Source: Octopus sinensis
Lineage: Eukaryota
Direction of reading: 5' to 3'
Length of the DNA stretch: 27,330 bases
NCBI RefSeq assembly: GCF_006345805.1
Contig: NW_021836027.1
Coordinates: forward strand, 1 to 27,330
The stretch's first letter is position 1. Every line of letters starts with the position of its first letter. The notes beneath the pieces were generated by a model. That model made no database searches. It saw only the letters and a list, made by a program, of their open reading frames with translations, and was not told the origin of the DNA. The position numbers and the translations under genes are program-made. Of this stretch, positions 11,891 to 23,271 are shown piece by piece.

Positions 11891-12630
11891 CAATTTAATA
11901 ATTTCTTTTAAATTGACAGTTTTAGGTTTGTTTGGTAAAGGAAAGAAAAGTAGTACCGAAGATAATCGGGAGCAGAAAATTAATGGATAACGAAAACTAA
12001 CGAGTAATGTAAAACAAAACAAAAAATCTTATTGAGCTTTGTTTGATGAAACTGATTGAGAAATTCAGGCCAATCGATCAGACACTAGTAATAAGAATTG
12101 GACAAAAAAAAAGTATCATTTTGAAAGTACAACACTGTTCAGATGAGAGAATAGTTGGAAGCTGTCGAAATGTAAAAAAGGAGAAATGGCGTGATGTGAG
12201 AGTTACAGGTAGAAAATTCGAATAGTTTGGATAAAAACTTGATACTGCAGCAGAAGGAAATACATGTAGAATGAGAAACGTAAAGAAAATAAAAGCAACA
12301 TGTGTCTGTTTTAGGAGAGAATAAAGAACTTGCAACTGTGATGAATCTTGTGTGAATATTAGCGATAGTTGCATAAAACTATAAGAAATCAAGACCCATT
12401 GCTAATTGCATTCGAAATGTGCTTCTCGTTAACATAAGCAGTCATCTACCTCTTGTTCAACGATGTCGATGAAAACATTTACTAAATACTCAACATAATA
12501 AAGGATAATGCTTATATTGGATTATAATTATTATAATGGTTATAATGGTTATATTGGAATATATTGGAATTTAGAACGACCTAAATATTTGTAATGCAAG
12601 AATAGACTAAAACGAACAAAATATACTCAC

Positions 12631-12798
12631 TGTTCGGATATTTCCAGGGGTAACTATAAAGATGTACACGGCATAGCCTGGGATAACCAGGATAGAAGAG
12701 AGGATCATAACAACACCAATCATATGAGCCCACATTGGGAACTCATATGTCATATATTTTACTGGTACATGTTTGAAAAGCGTAAAGATGAATACACC
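12631..12798 (-). CDS. SLC6A1: GAT-1-like exon, TM11/TM12 (168 bp)
   Basis: caactag|GVFIFTLFKHVPVKYMTYEFPMWAHMIGVVMILSSILVIPGYAVYIFIVTPGNIRT|gtgagt. Confidence 0.95.
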
Positions 12799-13842
12799 CT
12801 AGTTGAATAAAGTAAAACATTATTATTGATGGAATCATAAAAGCCCATAGAACTAAGCATGGAAGTCGTAATTAAACAATTTCAATAAACACACACACAC
12901 ACACACACACACACAAAGCATCATTTAAATATGAAATATTGATTTTTTGTAAGGCACATATACGTAACGTTTATAGCAAGACTAGAACCGCCAGGCAAAC
13001 CTTCATTTACCAATGCAGAGGAAACCACAAGATTTCCAATACATTCCGTTCAGAAGTAAACTCAAGGAACTTGACTCTCACCATTTCGGTTCCGGTTCTT
13101 TCCATAGAGTTAGTTCTAAATCATTTCTTTAGTGCTTTTTTTATTCTAGAACCTCAAACTTCTGGAACTCCTTCTCTGATTAATTTTCCATATAAATATT
13201 GATGACAAAAGCCCCGAACTCCTTTTTCTGGCAATGTGTCTAAGTATAAGAGGGAAGTGTTTTTCCACGCTGACCGCCCCATCACAAGGAAGATGTGGCA
13301 CAAGGGGTGCATTGCAACTAATCATCACCAATACATAATTGCTATTTAATTTATTGTGGCTGGAAAGATGAAATTTAAATTTGGGGTAGGAGATTTGAAT
13401 TGGAACCAAAAACAGGCATCACTAAAATGGCACAATCGCTGCCGTCCATCATAAACCAGCTTGTCCACTAAACTGCCAAATCTGTCATTCCCTATCTGCC
13501 AATTTTCTTATCCACTGACCACCCTTCTCTCCAGTGATCGACCTGATCATGTTATCCTCACGACATGACCAGCCGACTTCTCATCTCAACAATCGGTTAT
13601 TTTTGCCCAAACACGCAGGAGAAACCCAAAAGTCAAAGATGGTGTATTTTAGTTGTTGACAGTGACTCTGTGGTTTCTAGAATGTAAGTCTGAATTATTC
13701 AAACGCTGACACATAATATACTGACGTTTGCTAACTAGTGTCACGGAATTGTTTCAAGTGAAGCAGTGGAGGAGATATAGTAGAAAAAGCTACCCCCATG
13801 ATGACACCGGTATCATTATATTGATTTCCGTTGGATTTAACT

Positions 13843-13888
<46 letters not shown>

Positions 13889-13894
13889 CTTTAT

Positions 13895-13934
<40 letters not shown>

Positions 13935-14078
13935 GTGTGTGTGGTGTTGTGGGTGTATACATATATAGGATAGGACTACAACCCACAGCAGGAAATGTAT
14001 TAGGACATGAACGTAAAAAACGGACTAGACTATTTTATGTGCAACTCCATTGTCTCCGAGACAAAAGGATGCCAACAG

Positions 14079-14124
<46 letters not shown>

Positions 14125-14340
14125 TATATGTATGTATGATATTATGTATGTATGAATACGTATGTATGTATGTTTGTATGTATGTATCTATGAATGTATA
14201 CATGAACACATGTAAATTACATTTGTATATAAATATGAATATGCATGTATATATATATGTATATAGATATATATATATATTTATCTATAATTAATATATA
14301 TATATACTATATATATATATGCGTATAGGTGTATGTATGT

Positions 14341-14438
14341 CAGTTTTCAAAATTATTTCAACTTTTCTTGCTTATAGAGAAAGCCATTTTCTAACCGAGA
14401 TCCAAGGCTCATCCATTGGAATTACAACATCGACAGGG

Positions 14439-14469
<31 letters not shown>

Positions 14470-14733
14470 GGATGTATGTATGTATGTATGTATGTATGTA
14501 GGTATGTACGTATGTTTGTATGTAAACTTCTAGAAAGTTTTGCACATTTTTACAGTTCCAGTGATGGTTTGGATCTGTAGTCTCGGAATCAGCTTTCTTC
14601 TTTCTGATTTTAAGAAGACTAATTTCTGAAGATTGGTATTTAGGCAGTGTGTTACATATACCAGAGCCTCAATAATTACAGGTATAAACCTGAAATTGTA
14701 ATCTGGTTAGAGTAACTGCAAATTTCTCAATAG
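14341..14733 (-). mobile_element. 3' end of a different RLE-type LINE (R4/CRE/NeSL-like; clade not resolved)
   Basis: Minus translation 14733-14521 is LLRNLQLL*PDYNFRFIPVIIEALVYVTHCLNTNLQKLVFLKSERRKLIPRLQIQTITGTVKMCKTF*KF, matching the IP(I/V)IIGALG...Q....GT..I...F pattern of RLE C-termini. It is followed by (TACA)n and a probable 3' UTR that ends in (ACAT)n. Confidence 0.7.
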
Positions 14734-14894
14734 TATATATATACACATATATATGTGTATGTACGTATGTATGTATATATGTACGTATGTATTTTATATG
14801 TGTATGTATCAGTGAGTGTGTTTGTGAGTATGTAAGTGTGTTTGGGTGTATATAGAACAAACCACAAACCACAACAGTAGCACTATTTACTTAC

Positions 14895-14995
14895 AATACA
14901 TATCACTGGAACAGTAACAACCCAAGTAATTTTCCAAATAAAATGTGGATGGTAACCGATCATATCTCTCATGTTGTCATAGAAACGGTTGATTC
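14895..14995 (-). CDS. SLC6A1: GAT-1-like exon, IL5/TM11 (101 bp)
   Basis: tctttcag|(G)INRFYDNMRDMIGYHPHFIWKITWVVTVPVICI|gtaagt. Confidence 0.96.
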
Positions 14996-15315
14996 CTGAA
15001 AGAAAGAACAAAGTGCATTTAATATACATTGCAATAAATATGTATGTGTGTGTGTGTCTCCGTGTCTGTGTGTGTGCGCACGCGCACGTGTATATCTGCG
15101 TGTATGTGTGTGTTTGTGTATCTTGTATATTTATATGTGCGTGCGTGTGCGTGTGTGTGTGTGGTGAGTGTGCGTGCGTGCGTGCGTTCGTGCGTGTGTG
15201 TATGTGCTTGCGTCTGCGTGTGCAAACAGTCGGTGAGTGAATGATGTAAGATATGTACCAGAATGTATGAGTGCTCGGGAAATCTTCAGAGAGTTTTAAG
15301 AATTCAACGACTCAC

Positions 15316-15418
15316 CGTATGACCACGATATTGCAATACATTCAAAGAAGATGAAGAGCAGCAGACATATTCCACTGGCAGAATAATGTTCAAAAATCTG
15401 GAAAACGTAGATGCCTCC
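15316..15418 (-). CDS. SLC6A1: GAT-1-like exon, TM10 (103 bp)
   Basis: tttcag|[35 protein letters not shown]|gtgagt. Confidence 0.97.
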
Positions 15419-15561
15419 CTGAAATACAAAAAGAAAAAATGGACCATGAAACCAGATGTATACACACAAACACACACATACAGGTGCCAACGCACGAAAC
15501 TATCGGTCCTTGAGTAACTCCGTTGCTTTTACTAAATATATTCAGTAACATATATTAATAT

Positions 15562-15919
15562 ACTAGCAGTATGACCCAGCAACGCCGGGTCATAGTGCTA
15601 GTGCATGCATATACAGCTGCGTGCGTGCGCACATACACGCGAGTACTGCCCAAATCTCCGACCAATCACATAGAGCTAGCTGGCATTCAATTGGCGTATC
15701 AAGTTTCGGGCATTTTGATTGGGTTTTGGATAGAAAATACACAAAAAGTCACTTCTATAGATTTTTTAATGGCTTTGCGGGTGACTGGGGAAATGTAAAG
15801 ATATGCACGACCACACCTGGATGGTTTTGAATGACCATAGAAAGTGCGAGCCCTCTAACTGAAAAGTTGTGGATTTGTATAAGGGACACACACATTTTGC
15901 CGTTTATATATGTAGAGAT
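15562..15919 (+). mobile_element. Non-autonomous Helitron/Helentron-like element
   Basis: Starts ACTAGC..GACCC with a 16-bp stem hairpin (15562-15602) and ends with a short CA run plus TTTATATATGTAGAGAT. This architecture resembles Lep1/HINE-type elements. Confidence 0.55.
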
Positions 15920-15924
15920 ATATA

Positions 15925-16123
15925 TTCTTTTATTTGTTTCAGGCATTTGACTGCGTCCACGCTGGAGCAGCGCCGTTAGTCGAGCAAATCGACCCCAGGA
16001 CTTATTCTTTTTGTAAGCTTAGTAATTATCCTATCGGTCGATTTTGCCGAACCGCTATGTTACGGCGACATAAGCAAGCCAGCATCGGTTGTCAAGCAAT
16101 GGTGGGGGACAACACAGACACAA

Positions 16124-16163
<40 letters not shown>

Positions 16164-16325
16164 GACGGGCTTCTTTCTGTTTCCGTCTACCAAATCCACT
16201 CACTAGGCTTTTGTTGGCCCGGGTTATAGTAGAAGGCATTTGCCCAATGTGCTACGCTGTGGGACTGAACCCGGAACCATTGTGGCTGGTAAGCAAGTTA
16301 CGTACCACACAGCCACTCCTGCGCC
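15925..16325 (-). mobile_element. tRNA-derived SINE, family A
   Basis: Minus strand starts GGCGCAGGAGTGGCTGTGTGG (A-box-like) with GGTTCAGTCCC (B-box-like); colinear with the other copies. Confidence 0.9.
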
Positions 16326-16362
<37 letters not shown>

Positions 16363-16376
16363 ATATATATATATAT

Positions 16377-16434
<58 letters not shown>

Positions 16435-16489
16435 TGTTGTCGATTTTTTCCTACGTCTTCATTTTGTCTTTGACTGTCGTCTGTCTCCT

Positions 16490-16524
16490 GTTTCTGAAGA
16501 AGAGCTTTGCTCGAAACATAAAAC
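16490..16524 (+). ncRNA. Degenerate minimal hammerhead motif (Penelope-type)
   Basis: gttt-CTGAAGA-a-gagc(ttt)gctc-GAAAC-ATA-aaac. Stems I and II are intact; the triplet reads AUA where GUA (palindromic ACGU) would be expected. Confidence 0.45.
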
Positions 16525-16903
16525 TACCTTTTTTCCTTCCCTGAGCGTCTGTCAATACTTTGTATGTACGACGCCCTCGCGTTGTTGTTTTTCTTGTGTT
16601 TTTCCTTCGTTTTTTTTTTTAGTAATTATATATTATATATATACATATATACACCAGAGTAAGCACATAAATTTGAAAGAAGGTGGGGAAAATAGTACTC
16701 GAATACCGGAGGTAGAGTAATATACTTTATTATTAAAGCTGCATAACCATCACAGAAAACTGCTACTGTTTCCTTTCCTTGTGGCTGGCGGGGTACCTTT
16801 GAAAATATTTATGACCAATAGTCAGCGCTGAGCTGTCAACTCCCTTTTGATGTTTATTTAAAATACAGTCTTCTAGTCTCAGATATATATATATATATAT
16901 TTA

Positions 16904-16939
<36 letters not shown>

Positions 16940-17073
16940 TGTATGTATGTATGTATGTATGTATGGATGGATGGATGGATGGATGGATGCATGCATGCAT
17001 GTATGTATGTATGCATATACATATGCACATACATACATGTATATATATATATTTATTTTATTTTTTATTTTTT

Positions 17074-17123
17074 ATTTTATCTAGTTTCAGCTCACGAGCT
17101 GTGGCCATGCTGGGGCAACCGCC
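17074..17123 (-). mobile_element. Short 3'-tail fragment related to SINE family A
   Basis: tttcag...gtggccatgctggggcaaccgcc matches the family A tail. Confidence 0.6.
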
Positions 17124-17374
17124 ATTATATATATATATATATATATTATATATATCTATATATAGTATATAATATATATATATATATGTAAGCATATGTA
17201 TATGTATGTATGTAAATATAGTGTTTGTGTGTTGTTTGTTTGTTTGTCTTTCTTGTGTGTGTGTGTATGTGTGTGTGTGTGTGTCTGTGTGTGTGTGTGT
17301 GTGTCTGTGTGTGTGTGTCTGTTGTGTGTGTGTGTAATTTTTATATTCGGATGCATTGAATGCAATAGACTTAC

Positions 17375-17506
17375 CTGAGTAACCATGGTTAAACCTATCA
17401 AGAATGAAACAAAGCATACAACAGCGATGAACTTTTCACGTTTTGGACGTAAATGTTCCGGGAATTCGTCTATTAGTGCTGTGAAGAATCCCTCCATTGT
17501 ACAGAA
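17375..17506 (-). CDS. SLC6A1: GAT-1-like exon, TM8/TM9 (132 bp)
   Basis: ttttag|[44 protein letters not shown]|gtaagt. Confidence 0.97.
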
Positions 17507-17941
17507 CTAAAAGAGAAACCATAACAACATTATACAACGATCAGTCTTTAGTCTTTATACATTAAACGCTTTTAGTGGCGTTTTGTAAATAGATGCGTAC
17601 AATTTCAGTTGTCTGACATTAATTTTGGGTATATCATTTCATGGAACTGGATTTTGTGAGAGAAATTTTAGTATTTAATCTTCTGAAGTTTGAACGGTTA
17701 ATCCTTAAATTTGGAATCCAATAAAATCTACCAAAGTATTATAGTAAACTCAATCGACTACATAGAAAATTGACTCTGATTTTTAAAGTTATAAGCTTAC
17801 GTACACTGCTTACTATACTTACTTGTTCTGGACACTGTTTTAGACATATTCTGGAAAATATGTTTCAAATAGTTTGACTTTATAAAAAAACAAGATAAGG
17901 GAATCGGGTAATTCAGCAGAATGAGAAAAGAAAATATTTAC

Positions 17942-18054
17942 CTGGCTATCCATACCAAGGAATAAAATCATGAGAAAAAAGAGCACAGCCCATAGTGGCG
18001 AGACTGGCAGTTGGACAACAGCAGATGGGTAGGCTAGAAATGCTAGGCCTGGAC
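17942..18054 (-). CDS. SLC6A1: GAT-1-like exon, EL4/TM8 (113 bp)
   Basis: ttgcag|(G)[37 protein letters not shown]|gtaaat. Confidence 0.97.
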
Positions 18055-18374
18055 CTGCAACACAGAACAGACACAAGGTGTAGATAGTATGTAAGACTGA
18101 TTTCAAGGGCTTCGAACCGCAAATAAAATCGATGATCTATTCTTAGAAAGTTAATCTCAGCACTCAGTACAACCAAACAACGAGGTACTTCGATTTTGAT
18201 TCTTCTTATTCTCTATGCTGACATTTTTATAACTTTGCCTCACTCACTCTTTTAGATGGAGTACCAGTGCTAGTTTCTGGTGTTTTAAAGTAAGAAGACA
18301 GTGGGTTTGAATATTTTGAAACGATTTCTACTGAATCAAAGAGAATTCTTATTTATATTTAAAGTTCACATTTC

Positions 18375-18777
18375 ACTCTTTTACTTGTTTCAATCATATG
18401 AATGTGGTCATGCTGGAGCACCGCCTTTAGTCGAGAAAATCGACCCCAGGACTTACTCTTTGTAAGCCTAGTACTTATTCTATCGGTCGCTTTTGCCGAA
18501 CCGCTAAGTTACGGGGACGTAAACACACCAGCATCGGTTGTCAAGCGATGTTGGGGGACAAACACAGACACACAAACATATACACACACATACATATTTA
18601 TATATATATATATACAACGGGCTTCTTTCAGTTTCCGTCTACCAAATCCACTCACAAGGCTTTGGTTGGACTGAGGTTATAGTAGAAGACACTTGCCCAA
18701 GGTGACACGCAGTGGGACTGAACCCGGAACCATGTGGTTCGTAAGTAAGCTACTTACCACACAGCCACTCCTGCGCC
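18375..18777 (-). mobile_element. tRNA-derived SINE, family A (most complete copy)
   Basis: A-box TGGCTGTGTGG, B-box GGTTCAGTCCC, central domain, internal microsatellite and AAAAGAGT tail. Confidence 0.92.
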
Positions 18778-18917
18778 TATTATTTCTGTAATTGGACATA
18801 TCAATTATCAATTGTGATCTCAAAGTGCGACGATCCCACTTCATAACTATGATTTCTTGTAATAAAAGATCGAAAGGAATTATGTTAAGTTTCAATCCAA
18901 GATCAATTCCTATATAC

Positions 18918-19042
18918 CTGACTCAGCCACTTTGCTGACTGGTTGCTTCTGTTCGTAGGCCATAAAACCAATAACTGAGAAAATAACAAATCCTGAGAAT
19001 AAACTGGTGGCACTGTTGAGGAAAGATATAATGATGGCGTCT
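18918..19042 (-). CDS. SLC6A1: GAT-1-like exon, TM7/EL4 (125 bp)
   Basis: tctttcag|[43 protein letters not shown]|gtatat. Confidence 0.97.
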
Positions 19043-20014
19043 CTGAAAGAAAACAAAAACAGTTGGTATGGAATACAATGGTGGAATACGATCAGACAAG
19101 AATCTAAAATGCATTCATGTAAAATATAACATTGTAAACTTGTAGGAAATATAGTTATTAAATTCTATAATTTCGCTATGGCTATTTATTTTTCAAGCAT
19201 TGTCTCTGGATATTTCACTATTTATCGCAGTTAATCAATTTTTTCCTTTTCACTTAAGTAAAAAATAAAAAATTGTTAACAAAGATTATATTTGACACAC
19301 CTGATGATGGTTTGATTATGTAATATTTAATTGGCTTAACATTTTCCTCCTCGTATTACACATAATTTCATCACATATGCTAAAATTTCAGTTTTTTAAT
19401 TCCAATCTTTGTGAAGAATTTTGTCAATTATTGACAGGCGATCAGTTTGCTTTGAATTAGTTGCTTTGAATGATTGTGTTTGTGCGAGAAAAATGCAGAA
19501 ACACACATCGTATTTTAAGGGTTTTAGTTATTCACTGAAGAAACAACGAAAAGCAGGGATATGGTTTAATGAGTCATAACTTGAGAGATCCATAATGTAG
19601 TTAATCCTTCTTGACAACAGTTCAAAACAAAACTACGTAAAAAATAAGGCAAGGCAATTTTAAAGAAAACCATCCATAAAATATTCTTAAAAACTTTTTC
19701 TGAACCCTACGTCTATTTAAGGCTGGAACTCGAATATATTTTCCATAGCATTACGAAGATGATCGATAAATATTCTCATGACTGTAACATTGATGTTACA
19801 CGACACGATGAATTGAACAAAAGACCAGCCAAACTCTTAGTCTGTTCTAATGCCGTTACTTACATTGGTGACTTGAATCTCCAGCATGCAGTAGCCATTT
19901 TGTTGCATTCGATTAAAAGTTGTTGTTTACAGTATTATCGCTCCGCAAATTAGTCACGTGCTGTATACAGTTGGTTTCTATGCTTACGATAGTTTTATAG
20001 ATATTTTTGATATT

Positions 20015-20317
20015 TTATCTTTTATTTATTTCAGCCATTACACTGTGGCCATGCTGGGGCACTGCCGTGAAGAGTTTTTAATCGAATGAATCGATTCCAG
20101 TAGTACTTTTTAAAAACCCGGTGCTTATTCTATCGGTTTCTTTTGCCGAACGACAAAGTTACGGGGACGTAAACATAACAATACCGGTTGTCAAACGGTG
20201 GTGAAGGCACACAAACACAGAAACACACACACACACACAGACAAGGTTCCATACAGTGAGACTGAACATGGAACCATATGGTTGGTAAGCAAGCTTCTTA
20301 CACACACGCCCGTGCCC
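20015..20317 (-). mobile_element. tRNA-derived SINE, family A, diverged with internal deletion
   Basis: Retains tggccatgctggggcac, cttattctatcggt, acggggacgtaaac and ggttggtaagcaagct blocks. Confidence 0.8.
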
Positions 20318-20734
20318 CTTCTATAGACTAAACCCAGACAGTATCAGCGTTGGATGCTACGCGGTATGAAGCACATGAAAGCCAGCATTCCTTTGTGATA
20401 GTTCTTTGGTACTTTATGAAGCAGACCATCTGTACAAGACATACTCGTAAAATATATCTTCCGATGAATTCTCATTTGCAGAAATGACCAAATCAGTGTT
20501 TGTTGGCATCGAAAATGTACAAAGATTGTTGTATTTGTTTTAGTAAATTTGTGAGTGGTGGTCAAGTTAGGAGTTGTTTAATTATGAAATATCTGAAACA
20601 TCTAAACGGATTGTTTGATCAGATAAACAAAAAAGAAGTAGAAATAATATATTTGTAAATCTCTTAGAGAGACTTATGTGTCCTTATGTTTTCAAAGGGG
20701 AAGATAAGCACCTCCACCCGGCCAAACCAGCATT

Positions 20735-20773
20735 CAGAGACTAGTTTCAGAGTCATTGCTCATCATCACCCTG
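20735..20773 (-). ncRNA. Hammerhead motif, core-mutated copy (C3 to G)
   Basis: Minus strand: cagg-GTGATGA-t-gagcaatgactc-t-GAAAC-ta-GTC-tctg. Confidence 0.55.
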
Positions 20774-20849
20774 GAGTAACATGGTTTGCTTGAAATATAT
20801 GTGTTTTCAAAGGCGAATAAGCATCGACATCTAGCAAGCCATGCTACTC

Positions 20850-20888
20850 CAGACTGATGACGAGTAACGACTCTGAAACTAGTCTCTG
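20850..20888 (+). ncRNA. Minimal type I hammerhead ribozyme motif
   Basis: caga-CTGATGA-c-gagt(aacg)actc-t-GAAAC-ta-GTC-tctg: stem I CAGA/UCUG, intact core, stem II GAGU/ACUC, palindromic ACUAGU stem III and GUC cleavage triplet. Confidence 0.7.
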
Positions 20889-21722
20889 AATGCTGGTTTG
20901 GCCGGGTGGAGGTACTTGTTTCCACTTTGAAAACATAAGGACACAGGAAATGTGTCAAGTCCAACAGGAAACGGTGCTTCCAAGGGCTAAATAACAGTAG
21001 CAGTCTTCCTTTTCATGGGATTGTCACATTAAGTTGACAACATGCTATCACTTTTAAAAACAAAGTATTTAATTATTAAATTAGTTTTATATTGAAACTA
21101 AAATACTCATCTATGTATCATATTAAATATAAATACATTGTGTAGAGACAAATTTACTGCGGTATACGTCCAGAGATAACATCTTTTATTAATATTCTGT
21201 GCTTAAAAATAGAATACATAAATTGGTGGTGGTGGTGGTGGTGGTGGTGGAGGGGATGAAAATCGTCTCAGCAGCGTTTAATGAGATTATTAGATGCATT
21301 TCGGATTCGTTGGGCCAAGTAAATGGTGTGTACTGTGGCTGAAATGCATCTGGTTCTGGCTAACCGCTGCTGGGAAGATTTTGGTCCACCATCCACTTCA
21401 ATATATACTCTACTTTTTAAACACAGGAAGTCCAAAAGATATGTTATCTATGGATGTTTACTGCAGTAAACTTGCCTTTAAAAGATGTTATTTTCACATT
21501 ACGCATGATGATTGTTATAATTTAATACAACTTCCATTCGGGCAACTTCCATTGGGGCAACGAGAAAGGAAATGTTTTGCTTATAGATACAACCTGCCTC
21601 CCAGTTCACAAATTAAACTCATCACCTTATTATCTTTAACCGAACACCTTGAATACTAGAACGCGCTCCTTCACAAACTAATAGTAGGGAATACAGTACC
21701 CAAATTTTCCATGTATATATAC

Positions 21723-21875
21723 ACGAGGGGCTTCTTTCAGTTTCCGTCTACCAAATGTACTCACAAGGCCTTGGTCAGCCTGAGGCTACAGTAGAAGATA
21801 CTTTTCCAAGGTGCCACTGAACCCAGAACCATGTGGTTGGTAAGCAAGCTACTTACCCCACAGCCTCTCCTGTGC
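21723..21875 (-). mobile_element. tRNA-derived SINE, family A, 5' half only
   Basis: cttctttcagtttccgtctaccaaat...atgtggttggtaagcaagctacttacc matches the head and central part of the other copies. Confidence 0.85.
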
Positions 21876-22048
21876 ATATATATGAAAACTCCACTAGAAT
21901 GGACGAAAGCGCTAATATATGATGTATGATATATGATGTATAAAAACATGTAATATACAAATATCTGTAAATATAAAACCATCCGAATTTCTGAGTACCT
22001 CATTTCTTCTAATATAAAATACCTGTACATCATCCCCAAACCTTCTCA

Positions 22049-22155
<107 letters not shown>

Positions 22156-22349
22156 TTTGTCAGAGTAGTGGATAGATATATTTATATCAAAAGTTGATAG
22201 GCTCAGAGTCTTCTCTGGGATTCGATCCGAGCCGACCCGTTCACTGAATCGTGAACAGACACTGTCAACTTTTATTAAATAAACAGATATGGATGTGTGT
22301 TTGTGTGTGGGTGTGTATGCGCAGACACTTAATAATGTCGACTACTTAC

Positions 22350-22453
22350 TTGTATACATTGTTGTGATAATTATTGTAGCTGCCCAAGGCAATCAACGAG
22401 CCAACACCCAGGCCATAGGAGAAAAATATTTGTGTGACGGCATCTACCCATAC
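22350..22453 (-). CDS. SLC6A1: GAT-1-like exon, TM6 (104 bp)
   Basis: tttctag|[36 protein letters not shown]|gtaagt; not present in the ORF track. Confidence 0.97.
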
Positions 22454-22534
22454 CTAGAAATGAGACGAGAAACACGGGTAAAACATGTAAATGAGATTAA
22501 GACGATGATAATACCTTTAGACGCAAATGGAGAA

Positions 22535-22684
22535 TGGTGATAATGATGAAGATTATGATGATGATGATGATGATAATGATGATGACGATGATGATGATTA
22601 CGATGATGATAAGGTGTAAAATAATTATAAGTTTGATGTACTTATACATATACATATATACGTACATATATATAATATATATAT

Positions 22685-22756
<72 letters not shown>

Positions 22757-22776
22757 TATATATATATATTACATAC

Positions 22777-22846
<70 letters not shown>

Positions 22847-22848
22847 TA
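22535..22848. repeat. (GAT)n followed by (TA)/(TATG) microsatellite
   Basis: Direct reading. Confidence 0.93.
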
Positions 22849-23271
22849 TACCACTTAATACACAAAGAGCTTAATACGAGTTACTATTAGTTTAATGCCT
22901 TGAAAATACGATGGTCGAACAAGCTTGTATAGCGTGCCGCGTATTTCCAAACGATTATCTAGACTCTGCTGTTTTCAAGAGTCTGGATTATTGCTTGGAA
23001 ATACGCATATAAAAGCACAGCTATTATTTCAGTGGTGAAGAAAATTAAATCTTTTTCTTTTTTTCTGAAAGATTAAATTTGTCTTTACAGAATATGTTTT
23101 GAATGCTGATTCCACATTTGTCTTTAGATTTTCCCAGCTTGCCAGCTTTTGAAATATAGCAGAATTATTTTTCACAGATTTCCACACACACACACACATT
23201 GGGCCATCACTTTAGGTAAACAAAATAAGTGTGCATCTATGTAGAGTTGTTACAGAGAAAGTATGACAAAC

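Larger units (their letters stand above)
20677..20945. repeat. Foldback element with two inverted arms of about 116 bp (20677-20793, 20830-20945), each carrying a hammerhead-like motif; probable inverted Penelope-like terminal repeats
   Basis: The left arm tgtgtccttatgttttcaaag...cagcattcagagactagtttcagagtc... is the reverse complement of the right arm with scattered mismatches; 36-bp spacer. Confidence 0.9.

Noticed and set aside
13146-13409. 87-aa minus ORF with a C..H spacing faintly like an L1/Tx1 zinc knuckle
   Set aside because: Similarity too weak; no RT or endonuclease motif recognised
15496-15508. GAAAC-tatcg-GTC hammerhead half-site
   Set aside because: No CUGANGA core or stem II nearby
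18680-18777. tRNA gene candidates (A/B boxes here, at 16230-16325 and at 26706-26790)
   Set aside because: They are heads of multi-copy SINEs; no complete cloverleaf is evident
19301-19307. CTGATGA core-like heptamer
   Set aside because: No downstream stem II or GAAA, and no stem I pairing
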